This document shows, piece after piece, positions 17,391 to 28,500 of a stretch of 64,000 bases of DNA (the stretch's first letter is position 1; each line of letters starts with the position of its first letter). The stretch is from an uncultured virus (IMG/VR IMGVR_UViG_3300030109_004543). Taxonomy: Duplodnaviria; Heunggongvirae; Uroviricota; Caudoviricetes. The notes beneath the pieces are model-generated. The model ran no database searches, was not told where the DNA came from, and saw nothing but the letters and a program-made list of their open reading frames with translations. The DNA lies in IMG/VR virus record IMGVR_UViG_3300030109_004543, one strand, 5' to 3'. The position numbers were made by a program, and so were the translations under genes.

Positions 17391-18548
17391 ATGAATTATT
17401 TAGGAACACACCCATTAGAAGGAGCTACTCTTGTTTCATCTACTGATATAACTAGTAACACGGCTAGCGTATCTTTAACAGGTATTTTTGACCCTGAAGT
17501 TATGTACTTTATTCACGCTATAGATTACAGACCTAAAAATAACCAACGAACTTTAATGTATCGTTGGTTAGATGATAGTGGAGCTATATCTTTTACTAAC
17601 ATGCAAGAAAGTGGTTTGTATGGAGGTAGTGGAGGAGCAGGTAGTTCAGGTGGAGTATATTCAACAAACAGAACAGGTGGGTATACAAACTTTGGAAGTG
17701 GTACAGGTAACGGAAGTGATGAACATGGCATGGGAGAAATGTGGTGTGTACCTAATACGGCTAATGAAAAATTAGCTTTTTGTTCTTTCTCTTTGCATGG
17801 TGGAGCAGATGAAAGTTATTGGGGTTATTTTGTACAAGCCTCAAGATTAAATTCTTCAGCTACTAGAGCAACAGGTATTGAGTTTGTGTGTGATAATAAT
17901 TCAGGTGGTCATCAAATTAACAATGTATCTATACGAGTATATAAACTAGGAACAAAAATTAATCCCTTACGATCTTTAAAGCGAAGGCATACAGATAATT
18001 GGGTTAAGTCTAATTACATTGGAGGAGTTGTCAAGGGACAAGGTTGGACTAAAGTAGCACAAATGACAGCAGCAGACGGAGATTCTGCATTAGATTTTAC
18101 AGATGTTTTTACTAGTGATTACAAAAGATATGTAATTACAGGAACAGATTGCAGACCTTCAACAGATAGTAAGAATTTAATATTTCAATACAGAGATGCT
18201 AGTGGTTTAAATTCAAGTACTTATGTAAGTACTTTTCACAGTTCAGATGCTAATGGAAGTACAGGACAAGGTCATGCAGATGACCAAACTGTTGGATTAA
18301 TTTTAAATAATGTAGGAACTAACGGAAATGAAGCAGGACATTTTACATGTTTTCTTGACCCTATAACCAGCCTTACTCCTAAACATTTGATGTACAGAAG
18401 CGTAGCTCAAATGGCAGATACAACTACAAGATATATTACAGGACAAGTAGCTTACAATGATGCAACTGTTATGACCGGAATTAAATGGTATTGGAGTAGT
18501 GGGAATTGGGAGAGTGGAACTATAAAAATATATGGAGTAGATAACTAA
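17391..18548 (+). CDS. Fibre-tip/receptor-binding candidate with two tandem related domains
   Basis: Two units ending TGI.F/W...I(R/K)(V/I)Y. Confidence 0.6.
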   Translation: MNYLGTHPLEGATLVSSTDITSNTASVSLTGIFDPEVMYFIHAIDYRPKNNQRTLMYRWLDDSGAISFTNMQESGLYGGSGGAGSSGGVYSTNRTGGYTNFGSGTGNGSDEHGMGEMWCVPNTANEKLAFCSFSLHGGADESYWGYFVQASRLNSSATRATGIEFVCDNNSGGHQINNVSIRVYKLGTKINPLRSLKRRHTDNWVKSNYIGGVVKGQGWTKVAQMTAADGDSALDFTDVFTSDYKRYVITGTDCRPSTDSKNLIFQYRDASGLNSSTYVSTFHSSDANGSTGQGHADDQTVGLILNNVGTNGNEAGHFTCFLDPITSLTPKHLMYRSVAQMADTTTRYITGQVAYNDATVMTGIKWYWSSGNWESGTIKIYGVDN

Positions 18549-19114
18549 TGGGATATTATGGTAAAAGTAACGCAGCTAATCCTGCATTAATAGCAGCTAC
18601 AGAAGTATCTTCTGCTACGGCTTCGGTTACATTTGACCGAGTGTTTAAAGGAGAAACTAATCATTACAAATTAGTGATTGTAGACTTAACTGTAGATAAT
18701 GCAGACTGTGATGTCAGAACTTTAAGAAGATTAAATGGTAGTGATGTTACTACTGAAATGGACACAATGGGAATAGCAAATGAAATGCAGGCTAGTGGAG
18801 CTAGTGGTAATTTTACTAATGCAACAACAGCAGGATTAAATCAATTTGACAGAAATGAAACAGGTAGTGATTCTACAAGACACACCTTGTCAGCAATAGC
18901 AGATTATTTTCCTAATGTAGCAAATATGCCTTCAATGTTTCATCAATCAGTAAGCATAGGGGCAGGTTCTAATTCAATAGGAAGTGCAGGTAATGGTTTT
19001 TGGTTTGAAAGATCAAATCAACTAATAGGCTCTACTGCTTTTGATGGTATTAGAATCCACACAAGTGAGGGGAATATAGCAAGTGGAAAATTTTATATAT
19101 ATGCAATGGTATAA
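18548..19114 (+). CDS. Single-domain relative of 17391..18548
   Basis: ASVTFD.VF...DGIRI...GNIASGKFYIY. Confidence 0.6.
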   Translation: MGYYGKSNAANPALIAATEVSSATASVTFDRVFKGETNHYKLVIVDLTVDNADCDVRTLRRLNGSDVTTEMDTMGIANEMQASGASGNFTNATTAGLNQFDRNETGSDSTRHTLSAIADYFPNVANMPSMFHQSVSIGAGSNSIGSAGNGFWFERSNQLIGSTAFDGIRIHTSEGNIASGKFYIYAMV

Positions 19115-19124
19115 GGAGTAAATT

Positions 19125-19451
19125 ATGGCAACAAAAGCAGAACATGTAACACAGTTTAAATCAGATAATGCAGAGCTTTATAAGAATGTTAATGGGGCAA
19201 GAATAAAACTAAGTGACTCAGAGTATGATGCTCAGATAGATGAGTGGGCAACTAATGCAGCAGCACAAGATGTTAAAAATACTGTGATTGCAGATGGTGG
19301 AAGTCATGCAGATTACAAAGCAATAAGAAAAGATGCTTATATTTCTGCATTAGGAGATGCTTACGATCAGCTAGATTATATTTACCACAATGGTCTTGAT
19401 GCTTGGAAGGTAGAGATCAAAAAGGTAAAAGACAAATATACAAAACCATGA
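19125..19451 (+). CDS. Tail fibre assembly chaperone-like protein
   Basis: R..AY...DQLDYIYHNGLDAWK..I..VKDKY.KP terminal pattern; position after fibre genes. Confidence 0.6.
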   Translation: MATKAEHVTQFKSDNAELYKNVNGARIKLSDSEYDAQIDEWATNAAAQDVKNTVIADGGSHADYKAIRKDAYISALGDAYDQLDYIYHNGLDAWKVEIKKVKDKYTKP

Positions 19452-19480
19452 TAAAAGTATTGATAATTATCGTACTTTTA

Positions 19481-19489
19481 AGTATAATA
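19481..19489 (+). promoter_or_regulatory. AGTATAATA promoter motif (this copy also has TTGATA 17 bp upstream)
   Basis: Intergenic; TTGATA at 19460-19465. Confidence 0.6.
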
Positions 19490-19524
19490 ATAAGAAGGAT
19501 ATATAAAAGTTCAGAGGAGTTATA

Positions 19525-19743
19525 ATGACAACTATTAATCCTGAAGAAGATATAAAGAATCTTCAAGCAAAAGCAACAGTTTTACTAGACAATTTAAAAG
19601 CATTAGATAGTCAAAGACAACAAACTATTACAGACATTCAACAGTTGAATGGAGCAATAGCATATTTAAGAGCAAAACAAGAAGAAGAAGCTGAAGAAAC
19701 AGAAGAGGAAAAGCCTGAAACAGAAGAAAAATCCAACGATTAA
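19525..19743 (+). CDS. Small coiled-coil protein with acidic tail
   Basis: GAGGAG RBS, 72 aa. Confidence 0.7.
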   Translation: MTTINPEEDIKNLQAKATVLLDNLKALDSQRQQTITDIQQLNGAIAYLRAKQEEEAEETEEEKPETEEKSND

Positions 19744-19753
19744 AGGAATTTAA

Positions 19754-20875
19754 ATGGCAACCTTAGCTAAATCAGATTTTGATAAAGTATTCACTTACGA
19801 TGGAAGTGCTTATACTGATGTTACTTTAGAATCTCAATCACCAGCAGGAACATCTTTTACCATTTTAGGTGGAACTTCCCATTTTTTATATATGGGAGAT
19901 TCCATTAAGTTTGATATGGCAACTTTTGATGTAGATACTGCAGGAAGTTTGGGAACTTTAAAGTGGGAATACCACAATGGCTCTGATTGGACAGAGTTTA
20001 CACCCTCATCAGCTAGATATCAACTAGACCCAAACGATAATGAAGGGTCTCAATATGATTTTTCTAAGGATGGAGCAGAGATTTTTCCAAGTAATGTATT
20101 ATCTGCTGATTGGTCTACAGTTTCTGTGAATGGGCAAAGTAAATATTGGGTTAGATGTTCTTCTCCAACTAGTGTTGACTCTTCCCCAACAATGAAAAGA
20201 ATACAAATGAGGTCATATCAAGCCTATTGTACTACAAAAGACGTATTTCAATTACTACAATTAGGGAATATAACAGGAACAAGTAACTTTACATCCTCTA
20301 CTACCCCTAGTTTAAATACTGTAGAGAGCTATATTATGGAAGCTCAGTCAAGAATTGACTATGTAACAAGAAAATCATGGAGACCAAACGTAATTTGGAA
20401 CGAATACCATGAATTTAACTTAAATGGGTTCAAATTAGACCGATTTCCTGTTTATAAAGTCAATGAATTAGAAGTTTGGAGTGGTGGAGATTGGACTTCC
20501 AAGACTCAAGGGCGAAAAAACGATTATTTTTTCGTTCCTGACACAGGAATGGTACATTTTTCTCGATATTTCTTACTTCCAGCTAGATTTACGTCTTATA
20601 ATGCTCCTGTTTGGAGATGGGGAGGTGGAGAATTCACCATGCCTATTAAAGTTTCGTATTTATATGGTGAAAATATAGCTACAGACACTAGAGAAGGGGC
20701 TGCTGTTACTGATATATGTAAAAAAATGGCAGCAATAGATGTACTTACTACTACAGACTTCGGAGGACTAGCAGTAAGTGGTATGGATAGAGTACAAATG
20801 AGTGAAAAGATAAATGTATACGAAAGAGAAATAGCAGATACATTAGACAGTCTAAAAGCATTTGAGGTATTTTAA
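19754..20875 (+). CDS. Head-tail adaptor/neck protein with N-terminal beta domain
   Basis: AYCTTKDV...ESYIMEAQSRIDY...VSYLYG helical adaptor pattern; synteny. Confidence 0.6.
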   Translation: MATLAKSDFDKVFTYDGSAYTDVTLESQSPAGTSFTILGGTSHFLYMGDSIKFDMATFDVDTAGSLGTLKWEYHNGSDWTEFTPSSARYQLDPNDNEGSQYDFSKDGAEIFPSNVLSADWSTVSVNGQSKYWVRCSSPTSVDSSPTMKRIQMRSYQAYCTTKDVFQLLQLGNITGTSNFTSSTTPSLNTVESYIMEAQSRIDYVTRKSWRPNVIWNEYHEFNLNGFKLDRFPVYKVNELEVWSGGDWTSKTQGRKNDYFFVPDTGMVHFSRYFLLPARFTSYNAPVWRWGGGEFTMPIKVSYLYGENIATDTREGAAVTDICKKMAAIDVLTTTDFGGLAVSGMDRVQMSEKINVYEREIADTLDSLKAFEVF

Positions 20876-21315
20876 TGGCAACTGAACCATTACCGATAAA
20901 TGAATTTATAACCGACTTAGAAGGTCAATGGACAGCTTCTAATGTGTCTAAACCTGCATTTATAGAAGTAACAGGGGCTAATGAACCTATAAGATTTAAC
21001 TTAAATGTTAATGATCATATAATCGGTAGAGCAGGAAGTCCAGCTGTTCAAGAAACTCCTATAGGAAATTGGACTTATGGAAATAGAGTATATAATCTAG
21101 AACTAGAAGTCCATACTTTAAATAGTAGACAGAGATTATATGATTTAATGAGGGAAATTAGAAGGATTTGCCATGCTAGAGCTAGCAGTTTAACTAATTT
21201 TCAAAGAATACAGTTTATGGATTTTACAGAACTTACTGCAGAACAAGTAAATTTATGGAGTGGTACTGTTAATTTACAGTTACAAAACTATGCAGTTACG
21301 TTAGAAACAACGTAA
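20875..21315 (+). CDS. Putative tail terminator/completion protein
   Basis: Size and position just upstream of the tube gene. Confidence 0.55.
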   Translation: MATEPLPINEFITDLEGQWTASNVSKPAFIEVTGANEPIRFNLNVNDHIIGRAGSPAVQETPIGNWTYGNRVYNLELEVHTLNSRQRLYDLMREIRRICHARASSLTNFQRIQFMDFTELTAEQVNLWSGTVNLQLQNYAVTLETT

Positions 21316-21320
21316 ATTAC

Positions 21321-21329
21321 AGTATAATA
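21321..21329 (+). promoter_or_regulatory. AGTATAATA putative late promoter motif
   Basis: 31-nt gap, before the AGGAGG RBS of the tube gene. Confidence 0.7.
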
Positions 21330-21346
21330 ATACAGGAGGAAATAAA

Positions 21347-23092
21347 ATGGCAATATACAGAGCAGATCAAGCAATTGTGACTTTTGCTGCTGAAGCAGCC
21401 CAAGGTGGTATACCTGAAGGGGCTAGTGCAGTTACTGATGGTACAGGAGATACTTTACTAAATATGTCTAGTGGATTACCTGCAGGGTCACGAAGTATAA
21501 CAGTTGATTCAACAAGTGGTATAACTGCAGGAGAATTTATTCAAATTGGACCGGATATCGAAAGCGAAACAAATATTTATAGAAATGCTGAAGTAAGAAG
21601 AGTGGAATTTGTAGAAGGTACAACAGATGGTACATTACATTTAGATACTCCTACAGCATTTTTTCATGTTGATAACTCTAAAGTACAAGTTGTAACAGCA
21701 GTTACAGATACTGATGATGATAAAATTATGACTTTTATTCCCGGTGTATATGAAACTGTAGATGTTCCTGATCCTGAAATGACTATAGAACCTAGATATC
21801 TTTTAGGAACCTCTTCAAATAGAAATTATTATACTCAATATAAAAGTTCACAATCATATAGTGGAGGTATAGGATCATTTACATTATTAAATGGTTGGCC
21901 ATTAAGATTTCCAATAGGAAAAATAACTTCTATACCTGATTCAGGAACAACTCTTACGGCAAGAACCGATTTAAATGGGAACCATAAAAAAGGAGATATG
22001 TGGATAAATGTAGATAGTGCTACAAATTTAGCTGCAGGAGACTTGATTACGATTGATTATGAAGCTACTCCAACTTCAACAAGCGTTTGTGAAGTAAGAA
22101 GACTTGTAGCTGTAAGTGGTACTACTCGTTTTAAATTAAATTATCCTTTACAATTTGACCACACAGCAGGCTCTTCTAGTAATCAGATTAGAGAGATAGC
22201 TTCTACTCCATCTTTTTATCAACACGATATTTGGGAAACAGTAGATTTAGATTCTATATCTTGGAATGTGTTGTTAAGAGATAGCTCAGGAACAGAAGCA
22301 AACGATCTTATTAGAAGATATTTTGGGGGCAAAGTAGGAAGTACTTCTATTTCAGCTTCTGAAGAAGGAATGTTAACTATGAGTTGGGATGGTATAACCT
22401 TTTTAGGAATGAACCACAACCAAGCAGACCATTCAGGATTAGGAGAAGACTATGTTTCTAGTCAGGCAATGCCCGGTTTTGGTCTAATGCAGACAATAGA
22501 TGATGCGAATATGACAGGAGCAATAGCCGATACTGATTCTTCTCGTGCTTTAAGAGATAGAGGTTATCCAACAACTAATCCTTATTTCTTTAGTAATGGT
22601 ACTGTTTCTTTATTTGGAACAGATTTCGCAAGAGTAAGAGACTTTAATATAAGTATTGACAATGCTGTAGAATCTAGATACTATATAAGTACTAGACATG
22701 GAAAATTACAAAGAGGGCCGAGTGAAACTAGAGAAGGACAAAGAAGTTATAATATGTCAGCTACCTTAGCCTTGCCTGATAGTACTGCTGCAACTGCAGA
22801 TACGGCTACGCTATTTAAAGAGTTACTTCTAGAAGGAGATTATGGTACAAATGCAAGCCCTTCAAACAAAGGATTTAATATATCCTTAACTTTTACTAGA
22901 GCAACTAATGATAGTATAACTATAAGTATTCCAGCAGATGGGGTGGCAAACGCAGGAGGAAATGGATCAGGAGCCTTTCTAACATCAGCTACTCACAATG
23001 TAGGTGGAAGTGGAGCTCTTGAAGTAGATGCTAGCATGATTTTTAGAAATATGAAGATTCAGATAAAGGATAGTGTACCCCTTTATCCATAA
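21347..23092 (+). CDS. Major tail tube protein with two inserted beta domains
   Basis: FNISIDN...REGQRSYNMSATL tube-like C-terminus; precedes chaperone and tape measure. Confidence 0.7.
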   Translation: MAIYRADQAIVTFAAEAAQGGIPEGASAVTDGTGDTLLNMSSGLPAGSRSITVDSTSGITAGEFIQIGPDIESETNIYRNAEVRRVEFVEGTTDGTLHLDTPTAFFHVDNSKVQVVTAVTDTDDDKIMTFIPGVYETVDVPDPEMTIEPRYLLGTSSNRNYYTQYKSSQSYSGGIGSFTLLNGWPLRFPIGKITSIPDSGTTLTARTDLNGNHKKGDMWINVDSATNLAAGDLITIDYEATPTSTSVCEVRRLVAVSGTTRFKLNYPLQFDHTAGSSSNQIREIASTPSFYQHDIWETVDLDSISWNVLLRDSSGTEANDLIRRYFGGKVGSTSISASEEGMLTMSWDGITFLGMNHNQADHSGLGEDYVSSQAMPGFGLMQTIDDANMTGAIADTDSSRALRDRGYPTTNPYFFSNGTVSLFGTDFARVRDFNISIDNAVESRYYISTRHGKLQRGPSETREGQRSYNMSATLALPDSTAATADTATLFKELLLEGDYGTNASPSNKGFNISLTFTRATNDSITISIPADGVANAGGNGSGAFLTSATHNVGGSGALEVDASMIFRNMKIQIKDSVPLYP

Positions 23093-23101
23093 GGAGAAAG
23101 A

Positions 23102-23482
23102 ATGACAAGTGAAGTTAAACCTGCTTTTGATTATCAAAAGTATGTAGTAAGTACAGATTTAATAACTAAAACAGTAAAGATAGAAGAAACAGGAGAAGAA
23201 TTTGAAGTCAAGATAAAAAATCTATCTTGGAGTAAAAAGAATCAAATCGTTTCAAAATATGTTAAATGGTCTTCAGAGGGAGTTTCTTCTTTTGATACTG
23301 AAGGATATATGAGAGAAGTTTTGAAAGAAATTCTAGTTCAAGCTCCGTGGGGCAATACAACAGAAACCTTTTTAATTTCTATAGATAGTAGATTAGGAGC
23401 TGCCTTAGAAAAAGTAGTTCCAGCAGCTTTTGAAGACTCTAAAATTCCTGAAGATAAAAAAAAAGAATCGAGTGGAACCTAA
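23102..23482 (+). CDS. Tail assembly chaperone (gpG-like)
   Basis: Between tube and tape measure, ends at an A9 slippery run. Confidence 0.75.
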   Translation: MTSEVKPAFDYQKYVVSTDLITKTVKIEETGEEFEVKIKNLSWSKKNQIVSKYVKWSSEGVSSFDTEGYMREVLKEILVQAPWGNTTETFLISIDSRLGAALEKVVPAAFEDSKIPEDKKKESSGT

Positions 23483-23673
23483 AAGCTAGAAAAAATAGTT
23501 TAGATGAAACTGTTTTTCTAACTCATTGGATGACTAAAATAAAACTTTTAAGTCTAGGAATAGATTACGACAGGATTGATACACTTTCTTCAGAAGAAGT
23601 AGAATCTTTACTTTTAGTAGATGAGATTATAAGAAATAGAGAGAATGAGGAAGCTCTTAAAAATAGTTTTTAA
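23456..23673 (+). CDS. -1 frameshift extension of the tail chaperone (gpGT-like)
   Basis: A9 at 23456-23464; -1 frame reads RIEWNLKARK...LKNSF to TAA 23671-23673. Confidence 0.75.
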
Positions 23674-23684
23674 AAGGAATATAA

Positions 23685-24869
23685 ATGTCAGAATCAACTT
23701 TTACCATAATAAATAAAAACATAGCAGCTATGGCATCGGCAGGAGTGCCGGGCCAACAGCAAATCGATGCAGTTTTAGCTACGATTGATAAAAGACTTAA
23801 ATCAATACAGGATAATATACAGCCTAGAAATTTTTTGAAGAAAATTACAAGACCCATTCAAAATTTAGGTAAAAACATGTTTAAAGGATTCTTTGGAGGC
23901 TTTACAATTGGGTCTTTAATAAAACAATCCCAAGTTTTTACTGCTACGGCAGGATCGTTCTTCCAAATTATAGGAGCTATGATTGATACTATTCTTGCTC
24001 CTTTAGCCCCATCTCTATCTAAAGTTATTACTGCTTCTGCAGATGTAGGTATAAAAGCAGCTAGAGGTGTAGCTAAAATATCCGGAGCAGTTATAGGCCC
24101 TATTCTAGATCAAATACCGAAAATTATAGAAGGAATCGCTTACATGGTACCTAAAACGCTTGAATTCTTATTTAATGTTGGGAAGTTTATTAAAGACTTA
24201 ATATCGCAAGGCAGTATAACAGGAGTTATAATATTTGCTATTAGAAAGCTTTGGGAGGGATTACAGTATGCAGGAACTAAAGTTTATGAGGCTGTATTAG
24301 TGCCTCTATGGGATAAATTTAAAGCGTGGTGGAACAGAACCCTGCCGAGTGCTTTTGGAGGAGGAAAAGAAGAACCAATTAAACATGCTGAACGTGCTAT
24401 GCAAGCAACTCAGGATATTGCAGACTTCTCAACAACTGATTATACACATAAGGGAGTAACATATAAGGCTACAAAAGTAAAATCTGCTTTTATAAAAGAA
24501 CCGGCTACTGCAGCAGAGAAGGTAGCTAATTTAATGACAGGAGCTGCTTTAGTAAAAGATATATACTCAGGTTATCATAGAGGTGGAGAGGGGTCATTCG
24601 GAGCAGGAAGTATATTTGATGAAAAAGGAGGAGGAGCAGTAGGAATGAAACAGGCTGTGAGAAAAATAACCGATGCAGTCAATAATCCTTCTGCATTTAA
24701 AGCCGAGCTTGCTGGTATCGTGACTGACAAACAATTTAAAGATATGATGAACATTGCTGCAGGACAACAATACGCAGATGATGATATAACTAGAACTAAA
24801 ATGCTAGCAGAAGGTAGCCGTAATAAATTCGGTTTTGGTGGTGGAGACAACTTTTATTTTCCCAATTAA
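23685..24869 (+). CDS. Short tape measure protein
   Basis: Follows G/GT pair; amphipathic and hydrophobic helices with spaced Trp/Phe. Confidence 0.7.
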   Translation: MSESTFTIINKNIAAMASAGVPGQQQIDAVLATIDKRLKSIQDNIQPRNFLKKITRPIQNLGKNMFKGFFGGFTIGSLIKQSQVFTATAGSFFQIIGAMIDTILAPLAPSLSKVITASADVGIKAARGVAKISGAVIGPILDQIPKIIEGIAYMVPKTLEFLFNVGKFIKDLISQGSITGVIIFAIRKLWEGLQYAGTKVYEAVLVPLWDKFKAWWNRTLPSAFGGGKEEPIKHAERAMQATQDIADFSTTDYTHKGVTYKATKVKSAFIKEPATAAEKVANLMTGAALVKDIYSGYHRGGEGSFGAGSIFDEKGGGAVGMKQAVRKITDAVNNPSAFKAELAGIVTDKQFKDMMNIAAGQQYADDDITRTKMLAEGSRNKFGFGGGDNFYFPN

Positions 24870-24895
24870 ATAATTGAATCAAAGGAATATTATTA

Positions 24896-25576
24896 ATGAG
24901 TTTAAGTATATTATTAAGAGATGGAAATCATGCTGGAAGTGAGAATTCAGCTACTAACAGATTTGCTTTACAAGCAGATAGGTTTTCAGTTACTATGACA
25001 AAAACCCCTATACAAATACCCATACCTCAAAGTAGACCTGAAATAATAGACTTAGGAGTAGTAAGACCTAATATATCTATTTCAGGAGTAATAGATACAG
25101 TAGGCTTACCTAGTTCAGCAGATGCAACGACTAACCATATGCAAGAATTAACATATACTTTGTATAATACTCAAAATACTACGAATTTTTCTGAGCAAAA
25201 ATATTATATCCCATATAAAAATGTTTTAGAAGATTTTGTATTTTATGTACATTTTTCTTCTTCAGACACCCCTATACAAATAGAAGTATTGGGACAAGAC
25301 CCAGCTGCAGGTTATTATCACACCACGCCTACAGGATCAAACCATACAGGTGGAGCTGTATATAATGTAGCTATTCAAAACGCTTCTTTTAATTTATCAG
25401 CAGGTAAAGAGAACAGATATGATTACTCACTCTCTTTTGTAGCAACAACAAGGTTAGACCAACACTCAAGTGCTTCTGCGATAACTTACGACCAAACTAA
25501 TTATTCTTATACTAGAGGGGTTAATAATGAAGGAATATCAGGTGGTCGTGGTGGTGGAGGATTAGCAGATATATAA
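24896..25576 (+). CDS. Distal tail/hub-like protein
   Basis: Position after tape measure; IDLG...ISISGVI...RYDYSLSF. Confidence 0.55.
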   Translation: MSLSILLRDGNHAGSENSATNRFALQADRFSVTMTKTPIQIPIPQSRPEIIDLGVVRPNISISGVIDTVGLPSSADATTNHMQELTYTLYNTQNTTNFSEQKYYIPYKNVLEDFVFYVHFSSSDTPIQIEVLGQDPAAGYYHTTPTGSNHTGGAVYNVAIQNASFNLSAGKENRYDYSLSFVATTRLDQHSSASAITYDQTNYSYTRGVNNEGISGGRGGGGLADI

Positions 25577-28500
25577 TGGCACAGATAACTAAATTTCAAT
25601 ATTGGGATGGCTCTAGATGGAAAAGACCCCTTAGAGAAGGCCAAGAAGCTTATTTAGGGTGTATTATAACAGATTTAATTGGACAACCTAGAACAGCTGT
25701 AGTAAGAGTACAAGATACTCCTACTAATCCTTACTCATCAACAGTAGACAGTAGAAAAGGTTATTTTAATGGTGTTTTTACTGAATTTACAGATATAAAA
25801 ATAACTGATATAGAAACACATTCAATATTATTTGCAGGTAAAATATATAATGTTGAAGAAACAGCAAGTGAAACAACAGGTACAGAGTTAATAATTACTT
25901 GTATAGATGCTTTACAACAACTTCAAGATTTCCAAACAGATTCTTGGAGACATACAGCCGATAATTTAGAAGGGTTTTCAGATAATTTAACTAAAAGATC
26001 AGATGTAATAACTAGAGGAATTAGAAACTCAGGAATTATAGACATTGAAGATTCAATAAATAGTGATCATGAGTTCATAAAAAATTCTAGTGCTAAATTC
26101 ACTAAGTCTCCCACCTTAATGGGATCAACATCTAAAATAGATTTAACTAAAGATGGAAGATCATTAATTAATTCTATAGCTAAATTAGCTGCTTCAGAAC
26201 CACATTCTCATACTACAGCCCTAACAGCTGGAATTAATACATCTGTAGCTACTATTGTAGTAGAAGATACTTCAGGATTTCCGACAGCAGGAAAAATATT
26301 AATAGGAACAGAAATAATTGAATATACAGGTCTTACATTAGGTACAAGTTTTACAGGTTGTGTAAGAGGCTCTAATAATACTACAGCAGCTTCACATAGT
26401 GATAATGATGTAGTTAAATCGTTATTTGAAGGAAGTCATGGATTTAATTATTATGCAGACCCTAATGTAAAAACAGCACAACAAAATGTCCCTGCTCCAG
26501 CTCAAACATTAAATTATTTTCAAAAATTTACTAGACCTTCTTCTGATTCAGGTGGAGCTCCATTAAAAGCTAAGGGGCTTACTGTAGCTTATACAGCTGA
26601 TTCAGGATATAGAGCTACGGAGCATAACAGTCAAAATCAAAATATAAAAGCGAAAGTATCAGGAAGTATTGCTTATAACGATACTACTATTGAATTAGAT
26701 AATGCTCTTACTTTTCCAAGCGATGGAGGTGTGATTTATATAGATAGTGAATATATTGAATATGGCTCACATAACAAAGCTGTACCTACAATACTATCTG
26801 ATTGTGTAAGAGGTTCAGGGGCAGATTCTATGCCTAAAACAGCTTCAGGTTCTTTATTAGCTGAAGCTTTAGACGATTCAGAAACAGGGATAGATGTAGA
26901 TGATGGGACTGATTTTGCACAAGGAAATGTAATACAAGTTAAAGATGAAAGAATGTTTGTAACAGGAATTTCTTCAAATACTTTGACTGTAACTAGAGCA
27001 TATGATGGTACAACAGCTGTAACTCATGATGATAATACAGTAGTTTATATAGTAGGAACTACAGCAGCTGCTCATTTAAGTGATAAAACTGCTTACTATG
27101 TATCAAAAGCAAAAGCTTTAATGTATCCTAGCTTCTCTTTTACAGAAAAGAATACTGATTTATTCACAGAAGGAGTTGTATATTATCCTGAAACCGGTCT
27201 TGGAGATGATTCTATTCCATCAGGATATACAAAACATAAAACATTTGAATTATTGTATGCAAGAGAAATTAGTGGTGAATATCATTGGAGAGATTTATTG
27301 TTTGAGGGAGATGAGTTTATAAGTGCAGGAGGTATTTTATTAGCTGAAGCTTTAGATGATAGTGAAACAGACGTAACTGTAGATAGAGGAGATGCTTTTC
27401 AAGTAGGAGATGTCATTAAAATAGATAATGAAGAAATGTTAGTGACTAATATCGGAGGAGGAAATGTACTAACTGTAGTAAGAAACTATAATGGTACTAC
27501 TGCTGCAAGCCATTCAGATAATGCTACAATTACTATAAAGAAAACTTCTGAGTTTTTAAAACTGTCTTATGATAATGGAAATAATTTTATTGGAGTAAAA
27601 AAATGGGAAATCATCCAACCCCCTGATTCAGCAGGAGTTGGAGGATATTTAGGATCGGCTACAAACGAGATATGTAGAGTACAACATCAAACAAGTATAA
27701 CAGCAGCAACCAATGGATATGTATTAATTTCAGATTTACCTAGAGTTTCAACTACTTTAAATACTGCTTTAACAGCAGGGGCTAGTTCGGTAGTATTAAA
27801 AGATGCTACTTTATATGATGGAGATGATTTTCCAAACTTACATTGCATGTTAAGAATAGGAAAAGAAGATATAATTGTAAGCTCTTTAAGTACTAGAACA
27901 TATACAGTAGCTAAAAGGGGAGCTAATGGTACTACTGCAACTGAACATGCAGCAGGCTCTAGAGTAGATTTAATATTCTTCCCACCTATAGAACAACAAT
28001 TAAATGAAGCTCTAGATAATAGTGAAACTACTATAACTTTAGATGATGCTAGTGATTTACCAAGTGCAGGTGGGGCAATTCTGATAGACAACGAAATCAT
28101 AACTTATACAGGAATAAGTAGTGAGAATTTAACAGGTTGTACAAGAGGAGTAGGTTCTACAGTAGCAGCGACTCATGATGATAATACTAAAGTATATTTA
28201 TTAACTCAAATGGTAGGAAATACTTCAGGAATAACCTCTTATATAAAACCTAAAGAAGGGAGACTAAGAGAAAAATATGGAATGCCTAGAGTAAAAAGAG
28301 TTAGATTAACAGGTATAAATAATAAAAAGGATATAAGAGAAGCAATTACAGCTTCTTTAATTAATAGTCATCAAACAAATGGTCTTAATGGGCTTTTTGC
28401 TATAACTAAATATCCCTATTCAACTATAGTAGGAAAAACTAGCAATCTTTCTACAGGACATGGAGCAGATATAGCCTTATTATCTAATTCAGCACATTAT

